This document shows positions 1 to 14,003 of a stretch of DNA of 64,000 nt, piece by piece (position 1 is the stretch's first letter; each line of letters begins with the position of its first letter). A program made the translations under genes and the position numbers. The notes beneath the pieces were generated by a model. The model was not told the origin of the DNA and did not search any database. It worked only from the letters and a program-made list of their open reading frames with translations. Origin of the DNA: Callorhinchus milii (lineage: Eukaryota); assembly GCF_018977255.1 (NCBI RefSeq), contig NW_024704742.1:109432001-109496000 (forward strand). The letters run 5' to 3'.

Positions 1-1691
1 AAGTGGTTTACAGGCTTTCGGTTGGGTGCAATGTTCTCTTGATAGCAATAAAAAAACTATATTGTAGTCACATTTGAAATGTATAGAATAACACAATGAA
101 TTTTACCAATGAAGCCTGCCCCATTGTTTAGGACTTTTATCAGGACCAGTGCTGCTTTTTTTCCTGGTTAGCTTATTCCCCCTCCCCCCACGGTCACTTG
201 CTATGCTCTTGTAGTCTTAGTAGCAAACTGTTTGAGTGTGTACGTGAGTGAGAAGGGGGTATGAGGGGCATGTGGGGGGAAGGGTGTTTGGCTCCTCGGT
301 GGATTCCAATGGTGATATGAATTGACCTGTTTGAAAGGATGAGGACGAAAGACTGACAGGAACCCTGCACCTTGTAACTTGCTTAGTTCTTTGATGAAGT
401 ATGTAAAATCTGATCATGTTCATTATTAAACAACCTGGGGTGCCAGTCTATGGTTAGACTCTCATCTGCAACCTCAGAACAGTGACTAAAACAAACATAA
501 GTTTGGCAAACGGGACATTTATTCAAGAGATCTGATTTAACTTTTTGTTCAGCAAACAGTTGATATTGAACTCCATCCTAAGGACTTTAAGAATGAGCAG
601 ACTGTACCTTTGGTAAAGATATCTGGTAAAGTGGGAAAGGAAAATGCAGACCTCAAAGCTTCAGAGGGCCCAATATTTCTTAGTAGCCTTAAGGCTATTG
701 TTTTAAAATGTAAAATTGTTTGCAGAAAGATGGATTTTTAAAAAAAAAATTGGTCTATTTTGGAAGTTTGATTTCTGCAGGACTCAAAGAGAATTGCAGA
801 AAAACTGTTTAAAACCATTTTTAAAAAATGAAGAATGAATTGAAGAATTTTCCAAATTTCGAAAACGTGATACCCTTTCGAATTTCTAAGTCGTTGGTAC
901 AAGGCTAAGGTCAGAACAAATGTCAGACTTCTGATGCCACAGGGCCCAGGGATTGATGGATGCAGAAGGACAATACATGGTGCTGATCTTTATTGATGGT
1001 GGTGATTCAGAATGATACTGCCAAGTCGGTATTGGGGTATTTTTGACTTGGCAGAGTGATGGAGGTAAATCCACTGTTAGGTCTCCAATTGTCGTGCTTT
1101 TTCTTGTAACAGAAAATTCAGTGTTACAGCCAGAGCTGGGAAAAGGAGAAACGCTTTGTGCACTGGTGAGACCAGACGCAGGGAAGGGACCTGGACTGGT
1201 GCTGGACTCGATGCCATATTTCATTTATATATCCTAGGGCCTTCCTCAGTTTAAGCAGCAGGAACCAAACCCTCAGATGGACACCAGCCATCAATGGGAG
1301 CTAAAGAAACATTAAAAATAGAAACAACCTTAATAATCGGCAGAGTTTCCACCCTCTGGCACCAATCAGTACAGTGGCCAGGAGGCACTAACCTCCTTAA
1401 ATCTGGCAGGCATGAGCGGCCCAGGGAAAAATGCAGGAACCATAGTATTCTGCCAGAACTAGGGAAATGGCTTCAGTCCTACAGAAACACATCATTAACC
1501 GACTGTTTAATACAGAATCCACCAGCTTGTCCCCACGTTCACAGGAGCTCGCTAGCTTTTTTTTTGCCTGTGATAAACCCCGGGCTAACGATTTAAAATA
1601 AATTGTGTTTTATGTAAGTTTGAATGGTGCCTGGTGATGATACGATTGAAGTCCACAATGATAATAGGATCAAAATTGTAATATTTACAAA

Positions 1692-1879
1692 CTGGATTCA
1701 CAAAGGATCGTAAATATGAAATCCTGCTGGTAACCATATGTGCGTCACAACAACCCAGGGGAACTCCTCTCCCCTGCATCCCCATATGGAGATTGCACCA
1801 GAGCGGAGTTCCTCTGGGTTGGCAGGATGCCCATCTGGTTCCCGGCAGGTTTCAATATTTACAATGCTTTGCGAATCCG
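1692..1879. mobile_element. Palindromic MITE-like/foldback element
   Basis: Imperfect inverted arms of about 90 bp centred on catatg (1783-1788), e.g. caacccaggggaactcctctc / gagcggagttcctctgggttg. Confidence 0.7.
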
Positions 1880-3644
1880 GGCAGTTTTTACCTCAAATAT
1901 TGTGAATTAACAGCAAATTGCTTTTTTCCAATAACCGGCCAACTAAATTGAACAAAAAGGGGATTGTCACATCATTAGCTTAGGGTAAGTGTTGGGATAA
2001 GTAAGTAGTACTCGTAGACTAAGCCAGCTACTTGATGGTACATCCTGCAGCTGAAGGCCTGCTCCTCCCCTCCTCTACTTCTTTAGACTGAGTGCTCCCT
2101 AATCCTTTAGAAAATCACTTGATTTGACTGTGATATCCATAACTGGCTGCTCTTGCTCCAAGCTGAGTTGACAACCTCTCTGGTCTGCATGCTTGGTTTA
2201 GGCTTTCATTGACTACAGACCTGCACAACTTCAGCCATGGGAGCCTGGTTATTTTGCTTTTGCATTGTGGAGCCGACCATGTGAGGTAAACCTAAACTGC
2301 TCAGTTTTGTGTAACCTACTGAACATAAATCGACTTAAACTTGGCTGAGATAGACTGGCTTCTTTCTTTAACCCCCCAAGGACTTGATCTGTTGAACCCT
2401 CGTGGGTTTGATACCTAATATGTAATATTATCAAGCCCAGCAAACAACATAATGTGAACTGGGAGTCATTGCAATCAGAGTGAGCGATTTTCAGAGAGAC
2501 TAAGAAAACACTCTCATTAAAAGCTGGCATTAGCCTGAGATCTTTCTAAAAAGGCTTTTCCAATTTTGTCTGACACTATCCACAGATACAAATATAACAC
2601 AGATTGAAGGAACCGACAACAGGATCATTACACATTAACTTGGAAAAATGCCACAGTTGTCTCTGAAAACAGTACAGATCACAGCATAGTAAGGTAGAGT
2701 GGAAAAAATGCTGAATACCAAACAGAGAGGCATGTGATGCTGCATTTATATTGTGGTGTATTGCAGAGATGCTTCAAATGGAAGTAACTCTGCAAGCCCT
2801 GAGGCTGCAGAGGAATTGACCCGTTCACACTGAGAGTTGGAATGCACAGCACCACCCAAAACATAGAAACAACTATGCAACAGCAAACTTGGTTATAGTC
2901 CCTTTATTACTATATGCAGTTCTTTTATATATCAGGGGAAATTTGTGGAGTTCGATATCGAATTCCTTGTGATAATCATAATATTCAATGATCATTTTGA
3001 AACACTGCAAATTTAGTCTCTTACCTTAATTTAGTCTCAAACCTTAACTATTGCTAACTCGCTTCCCCTGATGCCCACACTTTGGACAGCTCCTTTGTGC
3101 CAGTTTAAAAAAAAATGCTACCTTCTTTGATTCTATATATAATATCTATTCATAATATATAAACCACTATATCAAATAAAAGGATTATTATTATTATTCT
3201 CCCCAATCCAACCCAACTTTAATTTGAAGTCCCAGACACACCATTTGAGAGCTGCTTCACAGGATGCTGAATGAATTAAATTGTTACTGTATTGTGTTTT
3301 AATTGTACTTAAAAAAAGATCTCTGCTATGAGGTGGCTTTCAGTTATGCTGTGGGGGGGCTGATTCCTACCACCCTTGGGAATAATCCTTGGATCAGGAA
3401 TAATCAAAGATGGTACTGATTTCTTTTTGTATACATATATGCAGGAGTTGAGAGGGTGTGTTCAGGAACAATACAATAGCACAAGGCACCCACCTATTAC
3501 AGAGCACTCCACAAATTTCATCCCAACCCTCTGCCTCCCGGCTACCAACCATTTTTCTATCCAAGTCATTAAATTGCTAATCATCTATTTATGTATCAAA
3601 TGTCTTCTGAAAATCCATGTAAACTACGTCCATTGACCTTTAGC

Positions 3645-3750
3645 TTTTCGCCCCATAAATATACAGTCTATCCACTTTACAATATATTCTATGAAGTGCT
3701 TTGAGATGTCTCAGTAGGGCGCTATCTCAAATGCAAGAATTATTATTATC
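3645..3750 (+). mobile_element. SINE 3' fragment
   Basis: tttcgccccataaatatacagtc...aaatgcaagaattattatt matches the family tail. Confidence 0.8.
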
Positions 3751-4884
3751 TTATGTAGCCTTGTATCCCCAGCTGACTCTACAGTTTCTCCAGGAGCTAG
3801 GAAAGAAGTTTGTTTAAGGAGACACGATTTGATTGAATGTAGGTTTAAATCATGAGGGGATTAAATCACCAGATGATATTTTTGAAATTTATTTTGCACT
3901 AGTTATAACCCATTTCATCTTATGTCAATAGTGAGTTCCTAATGGTCCACTGTAATTCTTCCCAGTTTAGCTCAATAATGTGTAGAATTACTTGGAAACC
4001 TGATAGCTGGATCATAGGATGAGCAGGGATTATACCAATTCTTAGAAACATAATACTGGCCAGATTTGAGGAAATATCTTCCAATTTAAGTCAGGATGGA
4101 AACAAGAAATAGACCAATGCACAATTGATGTAAGGATAAGCAGGATGTTAACATGCACCTTCCCCTTTAAGGATCATGACCTTTGCTTTACACATTTTGA
4201 GTTGTGTCACTGATTTTGTTTTTAGGGTTAGCAATTCCCCAGCAGTCTGGTTTCTTTCATTTATTAATACAAGTTTGTATGTTTGCTATACTTAACTCCA
4301 TTTACTATTAGTATTACTATTATTTTGTAGGCTTTGAATCAGAAATGTTTTGATAGTTTTTACTTGCTGAAGGAGAAATAATGCTATATGTTTCTTTCTT
4401 TCTATTGCTATTTTAACTCCAACCCAATTTAATATACAAACCCACACCTGTATTTTTCTGCAGATAAATACTTCTATGAATGCAAAGGCTGTACAGGCTC
4501 TTCTGTAACATCTCTCTTGTACTCAGATAGAATACAGGAAAAGACTTGTAAACTGATAGGTCATCTTTTCTCTCTTATGGCCTCCAACACCTCCCTTTTT
4601 CGTGCTATTATCTTTGTTTATCAATGCAATCTACAGGGTGGAAACCAGAGGTGAAGTAATCCCTGTCAGATGGCAAACTTCCCAGATATAGGAGCAGTAT
4701 TCAATTTGTACTTCATAAAGAGTGAAGTGTCATTGAGGGAACATATTTTGCATGAAAGAGGAAACCAAGTTTTTTTTTGAGACTTCTTTAGTAATGGAGG
4801 AGAGCAGAGAGATCAGCAAGTTTTCACGAGAGATCCGGATGAAGAAGACCATTACAGCACATTTAATCTTATCTTTCCAGAATA

Positions 4885-5198
4885 CACAACCTACTGTATT
4901 TTCATTACAGTATCAAGCTGATTCTTAAATTATTTTATTGCATTGGCTACTGACACCCTTCCTGGTAACCTTACACTTATTAATTACCCTTTGTGTAAAA
5001 AAAACCTCCTGGAGCCTGTCTTGAATTTGCTCTTCAAACCCTGATCCTGTATTCTTTTATTGCCTTGGCATATTTGAAAGAATAGTACTGTGTTTACTTT
5101 CTCTATTACGTTTAACATCTCATGTACCTCTATAATGTCCTCTCTCAGATCTCGTTTCAAGACTGAAGAGACCTAGCTTATTTACTCATTCATCAGAG
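4885..5198 (-). mobile_element. Degraded CR1-type LINE, ORF2 C-terminal fragment
   Basis: Minus strand reads ...KLGLFSLE.R.(L)RG..IEV..., typical of the CR1 ORF2 end; interrupted frames. Confidence 0.7.
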
Positions 5199-8141
5199 CT
5201 TATTCACAACTAAATTTGTCAAATTTAAAATAAATAAATACATTAATTACTAAATTGAGCCAAATAAGTTCATGAAATATTGAATGTAGCCTGAGAAAAC
5301 CATATATAGTGTAATCAGAGGTGGGTTTAACATATTTGCCACATTGTGGCTTTAATTTGCTCAGTTATCATCCTTGATACCCTTTGGTGAGGAGAGACCC
5401 TTCACTTTCTTTTCCTTAGCAAGGCTGAATTCGAGTTTCCAAAACAGTGATTTGGACTAGCACTGTAGTCTGCTCCAGCAGACAGACTTCTTCATTCCAT
5501 AGTATCAGATGAAATATTTACACAGGTCTCCTTGTAAATGCCTTAATTGTGTTTATAATAATGATCTGTCTGACCCAGCACTTGTATTCAAATGACATTG
5601 ATCAATGGGAAAAACTGATTTCTCAATGTGCTTTAGTAGTATTGATTTGGGCTTTAGACAGGTGTTGTTGGCTTTCATTTGATGTTATAACATTATGAAT
5701 AAGTTAGGAAATTATGGTATACTCCTAGAATCATAGAACGTTTACAGCCCATCATATCTGTGTTGCTAGTTCCTGTTGTTCAATTTGTATTAATCTGCGT
5801 GGGTATGAGGAGTGTATGGTGTTGCACTGTAGAAGACATAGTCTTGATTGTGAAGATTTAGTGTGATTTCTTTCATTAATCACCAGAAATATCAGTCATA
5901 AGTTTTGGTTAAAACTGAATTTAACATTTTGCCAAATTCGGGATACAGTGAAATGCTAAGAAAATTGAGTAAATCTAGACCCTGGTGGAATTATTCTCCA
6001 GTTCCATCTTGTAATTAGTACATTAAACAGGCATTAACCTGGCAGTACATATTGGAACATTGACTTGGAGTTATATATTTGGAGTTCTCTTTACAATGGC
6101 ATTTAGCTTTTGTTCTCACTTTGCCAGCTCTAAGGTCTAACAAATCAAAAGTAGTTGTTTTGAAAATATCACAATTTATATTGACCCCAGTTCAGGGATC
6201 TTGTAGGTTTTTATCAGTCTTGTAAAGTGTTTTGTGTAGGTTTCAGGTTTTTCCAATGTGCTGCAAAAACCAACCACAGCATAAAAGGAATGAAGCATTG
6301 CAATTGAGGTGCTTTTTTGCTAAATAATAAATGAATACTGTGTGTTTCACAGCTCGTTATTATTCAGTTAGTTCACTGACAACTGCGTGCAATCCATTGC
6401 TCCCAAGTTAGAGTGCTCATATCATGAACGAGGATTGATCTGAACCAGCTATGGGGTAGGAGGAGAATCTCTCTTAAGTGGAGTAATTTTTAACCTTTTT
6501 ATTTTAAGTAGTTCAGTTTTCTTACTGGGCAATAGAGGCTGTTTTTGCTGTGCAACGCATTGCATCATTGCAGGAATTTAATTTTGATATTTTAGATTTA
6601 ATATTTTTAGATTTCTGAAAATTAATTATTTGTGATTTCTTTGCAAGGCTTAGTTTGTTTTCAACCATTTCTGTGAGGAGGTTTTGTTCTCCAGTTATTG
6701 TTCCATCATTAATATAAATACTGTCAAAAGGAGTTCAAGAAAACCACAGCATTCCAGTGGCATACTAATACTTGGGAGGCCATGGTTGTAAGATTGAAAT
6801 ATTACTTATAAGCTAGAATTTGCCAAAAAAAAGATCAAATTTTAAGATAGTGTTTAGGCTAAAATCATGTGGAATTGCTTAACTTTGATCTCTGTCCAGA
6901 TAACTATCAGAAAGTATGCGTGTTGTGTCCATATATTGAGTCAAGACGAGATCAAGCTTGACTGTGACTTCCTGTGGTTGACTAACCTGCCAATGCTCAC
7001 TGAAAGCCAGTACTTAAATAATGACCACTTGGGTGGACTGGCAGAAGATGGCAGGCACTACCCCAATAGAAGGAAAATCAGATAAATGCCTTCTGGAGAC
7101 ATAGTTGGAGAGAAACATTGGTGGGGGAAAAATCTGTCACACCAATAAAACATCTCAACCCCTTATTTTTGCCCACCTGTAAAGTCACAGTTCTTCCTGT
7201 AGAAGGTACATTTCCCCAGAGATGCTTCCCTGGTAATAACATTTACAGCTGGGAATTTATTTGTTTGCCTTTTTTTTCCTTTTACAGTATTTTTGTTGTT
7301 CTCATTTCTAATGAAAAGTGTTGAACTGGGACACTGCTTAAGTGATTTATACGCTGAAGAACTGGGACACTTCTGAAATTAACTGAACTCTGGTCCCATT
7401 TTATGAGATAGAGATAGCACAAGGTGCCAGGAGCTCCCAGCGAGCTTCTGGTGACAGCAGAGCTCAACATGAAATTGTATGAATGATCAGTTCATCTGGA
7501 AAATTGTTGGCCAATGGAAGAAACTCAATTTTCAATTTAAATAGTGTAAAGATATCATTGGGATTTTTATCTTCCACCCAAACAAGGTAGATAGTACTTC
7601 AGCTTAACATCTCATCTGAAAAGGTCTTACATTAGTGACGTGTGAATTCAGAGGCAGAAACCAGAGTGAGACAGGAGGCAGAATCTCAGGCTCAGGATTG
7701 AGAACTGCAACCAGTGTTTTAGAACCAAATTACAAGAAACATTAGACCATCTGCACTTAAAATGAGCAGGTGCATTGGCTGCTGTAACAAACCCCCTATC
7801 CCCTTCTCCACAGTAGTTTGGCCTGGGTCCTGGAGACAGGAGCTCACCAGGCAGAGAAACCTGGGAGTGAGCCCCTATGTATATTTTTATTTCTTTGTAG
7901 AGGAGAGTGGCTGGCATTGGTTGATATTGACACCAGTTCTTGACATTTCATTGTTTACGTACTAAAATCAGAAAAGAGCAGGAGTTAGATTTTAATGCTA
8001 GTGCCCATTGACAATTGCCACCTGGCAGGGTTTAGACAATGTGACCATGGTCTTTGTCATTTTTTCGGCTGCTATAAAGTCAATGGTGCTTGTGATAGCT
8101 TCTGTCATGTCTGAGCAGAGCTTCAGGGTCTTGTAGAGGGG

Positions 8142-8229
8142 TAATAATAATAATAATAATAATAATAATCCTTGCATTTGATATAGCGCTTTTCACGTCG
8201 GGAGGACGTCCCAAAGCGCTTCACAGAAC
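8142..8229 (-). mobile_element. SINE 3' fragment with (TAA)9 tail
   Basis: Reverse complement of the 21226/36079 tail. Confidence 0.88.
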
Positions 8230-8554
8230 TTAATGACAACTTAGCCCATTATTTCCTGAAATTGTGCCACCTGAAGTGTATGAGAAGTGATGGAGAAGTC
8301 TGCTGTGATTTCACCCACTCTTCACTCTGTAAAAGAACCACATTCAGCATGGGATGAGAGGTAACAAGACAGTAATTCAGTCCAGTGGTTTTGATGACTG
8401 AATTGTTACATTACGTTAATTACTACTCTGGTGTTTTCTGATGGCAAGACTATTTTTAAGTGGTACTTGCTCTCTAGGGTCTTCCTGCGCCGTTTCTCTA
8501 ACCCTAACCGTAATCTCTACTCACTCCTGCTTGCCAATATTGCTATTATTTTGA

Positions 8555-8691
8555 TATACACTGAGGTCGAAAATGCAGGAGCCACAACCTGGATTTGCAA
8601 AGGATTCACAAGTATCCAATCCTTTCCGAAATCACATGCCCGGAAGTCCGGTCTGATGCGATCTATGTTTGGGCATATTTTACAGTGTATA
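8555..8691. mobile_element. Short palindromic MITE-like element
   Basis: Termini tatacactg / cagtgtata; internal IR gatttgcaaaggatt / aatcctttccgaaatc. Confidence 0.5.
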
Positions 8692-10695
8692 CTTGATTTT
8701 CAATAGCACTTTAAAATGTTTTGACAGTGGTACATTTTTCATGTAACTCAGATGAAAGGGGAGTAGGGTCTAAAAAACTTTCTTTCTGTGTCATTGTTGT
8801 TTTTTCTTATCGGCAAAAGTGACTTCGATGTAAAAATGTTCTCCTCATGGAAACCCCAGCACAACAGTAAGACCTTTGAGACTTCACCTCCACCCAAGTT
8901 TCCATGGAGAAGGAGCACTGATGCAGTTGCAGCTATTTATAGACTCCAATGGTAATGTACCATCTTCAATCGTACTGAAGATGCGTGACATGGTATGACT
9001 ATAGCACACTGTACTAGGTTGTTTTTTGAAGAATGAGATACTTGGAAATACATGAATACAGTATGCACAACCACAGAGAATTAGGGATATAGGAAAGCCA
9101 ACATGTGCAGGCCAGTAGCAAAATGTGTTCAAGAGGCTGTGCCATGTTCAGCGGTGTGAGATGTTCTGTAATGATTGTTTTGCGTTACAACCTATAAGAG
9201 GACCTGAATTTAGATCGTAAACTACTTATTTCACTTAATTTTCCAACCCTGACAATCAAACCTAAAAAGGAAAAATCCTTTTACAGCTGTAAAGCTGCTA
9301 GTCCCTAAAGTGCTTGAGGCTGGACTTACTTAAATGTGTGATCACAACCTTCTCATTCAGGCTCCAGAAACTGTAAGTACTGTGAAGATGATAAGCATTA
9401 AGAGTTGTTCTGTTCATGCCAGTCATTGTGAATAGGTTTAACTGTAGCTTGGCTGTAAGTGGGAGATCCATTGTCTCTATTTTTCACTGTGGGTGGAAGT
9501 GTCCACAACTATATTCACAATTTGCCAGTGCTCATCCAAATTTCCCACAGTTAGCACAAATCCCCAGACTTGATCAGAGATTTATTTTTAGACTTTCATA
9601 GGCAATTCACCCACAAATCCTATGAAGCGCTTTGGGATATACTCCTGACTTGAAAGCAATTATACCAAATGCAAGGATTTTTTAAAATTGTCGACATCAT
9701 TAATATGGGGGAAAATAGTTTATTTTCTCTATGCCCAATTCCTCCATCCTTAGAAGACAAACACATTCAATGTAGTGTATTCCAAAAGCAAGCCAGGTTG
9801 TTTAACAGGCCTCTCGGTGCTGGCATGCAAGGATTATAATCTTACTGTGTAGAAATATTGGATGCTTGTTTCAAGTATATGGCCTCTCGATGCTAAGGAT
9901 TTCCTTGTATTTGTGTGCAGTGACTTTGATATGTACTTAGAATGGGATGTTTGGATTTTAAACAGACAACATCAACATCAAGATGAGCATTAGTAGAAAA
10001 AGGAATTTCACCCCATTGATTTTATAATGGGAAGTGATGTGTCACTTGTTCTTAGAAACAATTAGCCTGTATTTTAGTCGACTGTTTGTTTGTGGTATAA
10101 TTGCATTACAGTATTTGCAGTGCTATCACTATTGCAATCAGTTATGGTATACATACAGTATCTCTACATCTCTTCAGCGTTGTTTGCATCCTGCTCAAGA
10201 ATATTTTGGCTGAATGAGCAGAATCATGCATTGCAGTTATAGTGCAATGAGAAGCTTCAAACAATGCTATTCTGGAAACATAGCTGAGTAGTTAAGTTCA
10301 GGGTCTGTATATCATTTCTGAGTAAAGAAAATCCTGAAGAAAAGAGTTTCACCCTGAACATCACGAGTGGTAGATTTCAGGATTGAGTTCAGCTCGGTCA
10401 CAACACTGTGACAGCAGCCATAGCAGTCTCGAGAGGGAGAAGGTGAAAACTGGTACAGCCATTTCTGAGCCTACAGAACCACAGTACTATAAGCCTGTCA
10501 TGGGCTGTTTGAGAGCAGTCAGAATAGCCTGGGCACAATCCCCCTGTCTTTGCCTTGTGGTCTCAGCTGAAAGAGGAAGCATAGCAGCTGGTGCAAAGGT
10601 CCAAGCTTCACATGGGATAGATGAAATGCAGTTATTTAAGTACTAAGTGGTCTGATATACTTGAAAAAAGCATCCAATATTTCTACACAATAACA

Positions 10696-10806
10696 TTATA
10701 ATCCTTGTATTTGATGTAGAGCCTTATCACGTCTTCGAGGCGTCTCAAAGCACTTCACAGAATATACTGTAAAGTGAATTGACTGAATATTTTGTGGGCG
10801 AAACGT
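10696..10806 (-). mobile_element. SINE 3' fragment
   Basis: Reverse complement of the long-subfamily tail. Confidence 0.85.
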
Positions 10807-11573
10807 TGAGAAGATAAGCAAACGGTGGATCTTGAATGCCGAATATTGTAAAACCGTATCTAAGCTATGAGAAGGTATTTCAGTATTCACAGTATTCTCT
10901 GAAGAAAATAAGTGTTATATCTGTACATTTTAAATGCTGTTACAGTCACAGAGTTTTAAAAATAAATATGAGTTGATTGGCCTCAAAACCATTGGGAATG
11001 TACAGGATGTTAGACAGAGGACATAACCATTTCTTCCCCTCTCTCTCCAGTTGAAAAGCTTAATAAATAGGGTAACTATTTTTAACATAATGATTTTGAT
11101 TTGATCTTTGGGGCTTAAAACACAGTATTCATGGGAGTGTCATGTCGTTTCACACAGTCCTATTACCTCTGGGATCTGGACTTGAATTGAGTACACATTT
11201 GAAGGGATGAAAAACTCTGTGGTAGTATCATTCCAATGTGAAATTAGTTTGTGTAGTCTGAACTATTGGGCCTACAATAGAGTCTACCTTTTTATAGCAC
11301 CTTTCAGGTCGAGTGGATGCATCAAAGTGCTTGACACTGCTGGCTGGATATCTGAGCTGGGAGCCAAAGAGGGTAGGGAGGGGAAAGATGACCGAAAGGA
11401 AGATCAAAGAAGTATATCTTGAAAAGTCCTACAACACAGCGTTGGGATCTAATATAATCTGATAGGTAGCAAAGTGATTTGCAGTTGTATAGTGCAGTTG
11501 TACAGCACCTTTAATAACAATGTCCTATTATTAAGGTTTAACAGAAAAGATACAATAACAATCCTAGTATTTT

Positions 11574-11908
11574 CTGTAGTTTAGTGAATTCACCTTGCAA
11601 GAAAGAGGACCTGGGTTTGATTCCCAGGCAGGGCAAAATGTTGGGCAAGTATCTTATTCCACATGCCTCTGTTTACCTAGCAGTAAGTTGTTAGTCGATT
11701 GGCGCATTGCTTTTCTGGGGGTAATAATCTTTTCAAAAAAATAAAAGAAATAATAATAATTTGGTCACTCAATCCATGATTGTTTGTGGGACACTGCTGT
11801 GCGCAATTGGCTGCCGCGTTTCGCCCACAAAATATACAGTCAATTTACTTTACAGCATATTCTATGAAGCGCTTTGAGATGTCTTGAATGCAAGGTTTAT
11901 TTAGTATT
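11574..11908 (+). mobile_element. Near full-length tRNA-derived SINE, long subfamily
   Basis: caccttgcaagaaagaggacctgggtttgattccc ... tgtgggacactgctgtgcgcaattggctgccgcg ... gaagcgctttgagatgtc. Confidence 0.88.
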
Positions 11909-12264
11909 ACACCTTTCATGTTAGGAGGATGTCTCAAAGCGCTTCACAGGATTTACTGTATTGTAGTGACTGTGTATTTGCGGGTGAACGTGGCAGTCCA
12001 TTATTGCACAAAAATGTCCCATACACAACCATGAAATGAATGACCAATTTTATTTGGGCCAGGGCACCAGGAGAAACTCCCTTTTTTTTCAAATAGAGCC
12101 ATGGGATCTTTAACGTCCACCTCGGCTTAACTTCTGATCCACAGGATGGACCTGTAAACACAGCAGTACTGCATTGAAGTGTCAGCCTAGATGAGTCCAA
12201 TGTGAATTTAAAGTCGCAATATTTGCTATAAATCCACAACCTTCTGACTCAGAGCCAGGCTGAC
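11909..12264 (-). mobile_element. Older DeuSINE-like element (Deu domain retained)
   Basis: Minus strand reads aagatcccatggctctatttgaaaaaaaagggagtttctcctggtgccctggcccaa, resembling the Deu domain of AmnSINE1/SacSINE1 as I recall it, followed by the shared 3' tail. Confidence 0.7.
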
Positions 12265-13672
12265 AATTGAAAACTATTGATAATGATAAACATAAATTAG
12301 ATCATAGTGTCTGTAATTTAGTCCAAATTGGCACTATGTAACTTTACTCAGAACCACCATGGGAAAGGGAATGTGGTGCAGTACTCTCCTGAGGTTTATG
12401 TTGAGACATATTGCTGAGACAGAGTAACAGGAACTTCATTCTGAATTTGATATATCTCAGACCTGAGCTGAAATGGTTGATGTGGACACTGGGTGGGGAA
12501 AGAAGAAATGTTTTCTACTTAAGTCTTACCTTGATGAGCAGAACCCTCCAGGAAAAATGCAGCAGTGACATTAGCTTGCAACACATTGCTCGCAATTTCA
12601 TTGTGGATCAGTGGGCCAACACAACATAGTGTCAGTCAAAACAATTGATTGTGTATGACCTTAGATTCACCTAATAAGAGGGAATGTTGTAGTACTGCTG
12701 TATTTTATTGCATTTTACAGTACACTGATGTGAAGTACAGGTACATAATAACACCTCAGATTAAATGAGGCATTGAAAAAATAAGGCATTGAAGAATTGA
12801 AGTCCTTGAGTCTCAGACACAACACTGCAGTTAACATTGGAAGAATGAAGTGTTAGGTTGCCTAAAAAGTGGGACATTGGAAAATGATCTGCGTTCTGCA
12901 TTGTGTCATGTATTCAGCACACAAAGCCACACCTGTCTTGCTGTGAGCTAAATGCCGGGTGAAGGCTACAAATAGACACATCTTAGATTGTAGCTAGTAA
13001 TGGATTGGGAAATGCCTATAGAAACAAAAGGAGCGCTGCCTGGAGCACCTGGCTCTCTATCCCAGAGTTGAGTAATGCTGTTGATTCATTCTCCTGTGAG
13101 TGTCCTCTGTGAGTTCAGTGCTGTGTTGAGCGAGTGCTACAGCAACAATAGGTCTTAATCCTTTGTTGCTTATCACTTCAGACTTAAAGATGGTAGAGAT
13201 GAATCATTCCACATGTGGAGGAGGGCAAAAGCCATTTATTACTAAATTATCTTCTGGGAGAGAACATGATCATCTTTAATAAACTACTCAGTGTCCTTCC
13301 TTCAGTGTTTTCTTATAAATTCACATTGATATACATGCTCAATTGGATTAATTACTTTCCTTTATGTGTATCTATGATCAACATATTCATCATTTGTCTC
13401 TATTTGTCTTTCTTATTTATCGGTACCAATCTATTTATATACATCTATGAACTTCTTTTATTTTTTCATTCCTGAACTTCTTGTAATGTTGGTCTCTCAT
13501 GACACCACAGTTATTTAGACATGATATTACAGTCTTTAAATGAGTTTAAAAATAAAACAGAGGACATAAATGATCTTCCCCTTCTCCACAGTTTAAAAGT
13601 TTCAGCAAGTATTGTATGGTAATTATCTTTAACCTGAGGTCATGAAATTGCACATTGTTCTATGATTCCATG

Positions 13673-14003
13673 TTGCCTCTCAAGCGAGAGGACCCGGGTT
13701 TGATTCCCGGGCGGGGAGAATCCTTACTCTACGTGCCTGTTTACCTACTAGCAGGTAGGAGCCTGGTTGTTAGTTGATTGGTGGATGGCTTTCCGGAGGT
13801 GATAATCCATCAAAAAAAAATCCGTCACTCAATCTACAACTGTTTGTGGGACACTACTGTGTGTAATTCGCTACCTAGTTTTGTCTGTAAAATATACAGT
13901 CAATCCACTTTACAATATATTCTGTGAAATGCTTTGAGACATCTCAGGGATGTGATAAGGGGCTCTGTCGTGCAATGATTATTATTATTATTATTATTAT
14001 TAT
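13673..14003 (+). mobile_element. 5'-truncated tRNA-derived SINE, long subfamily, (ATT)n tail
   Basis: caagcgagaggacccgggtttgattcccgggcgggg ... (att)8. Confidence 0.88.

Noticed and set aside
886..1224. 112-aa Ser/Thr/Pro-rich minus-strand ORF
   Set aside because: No recognisable domain or splice structure; length compatible with chance.
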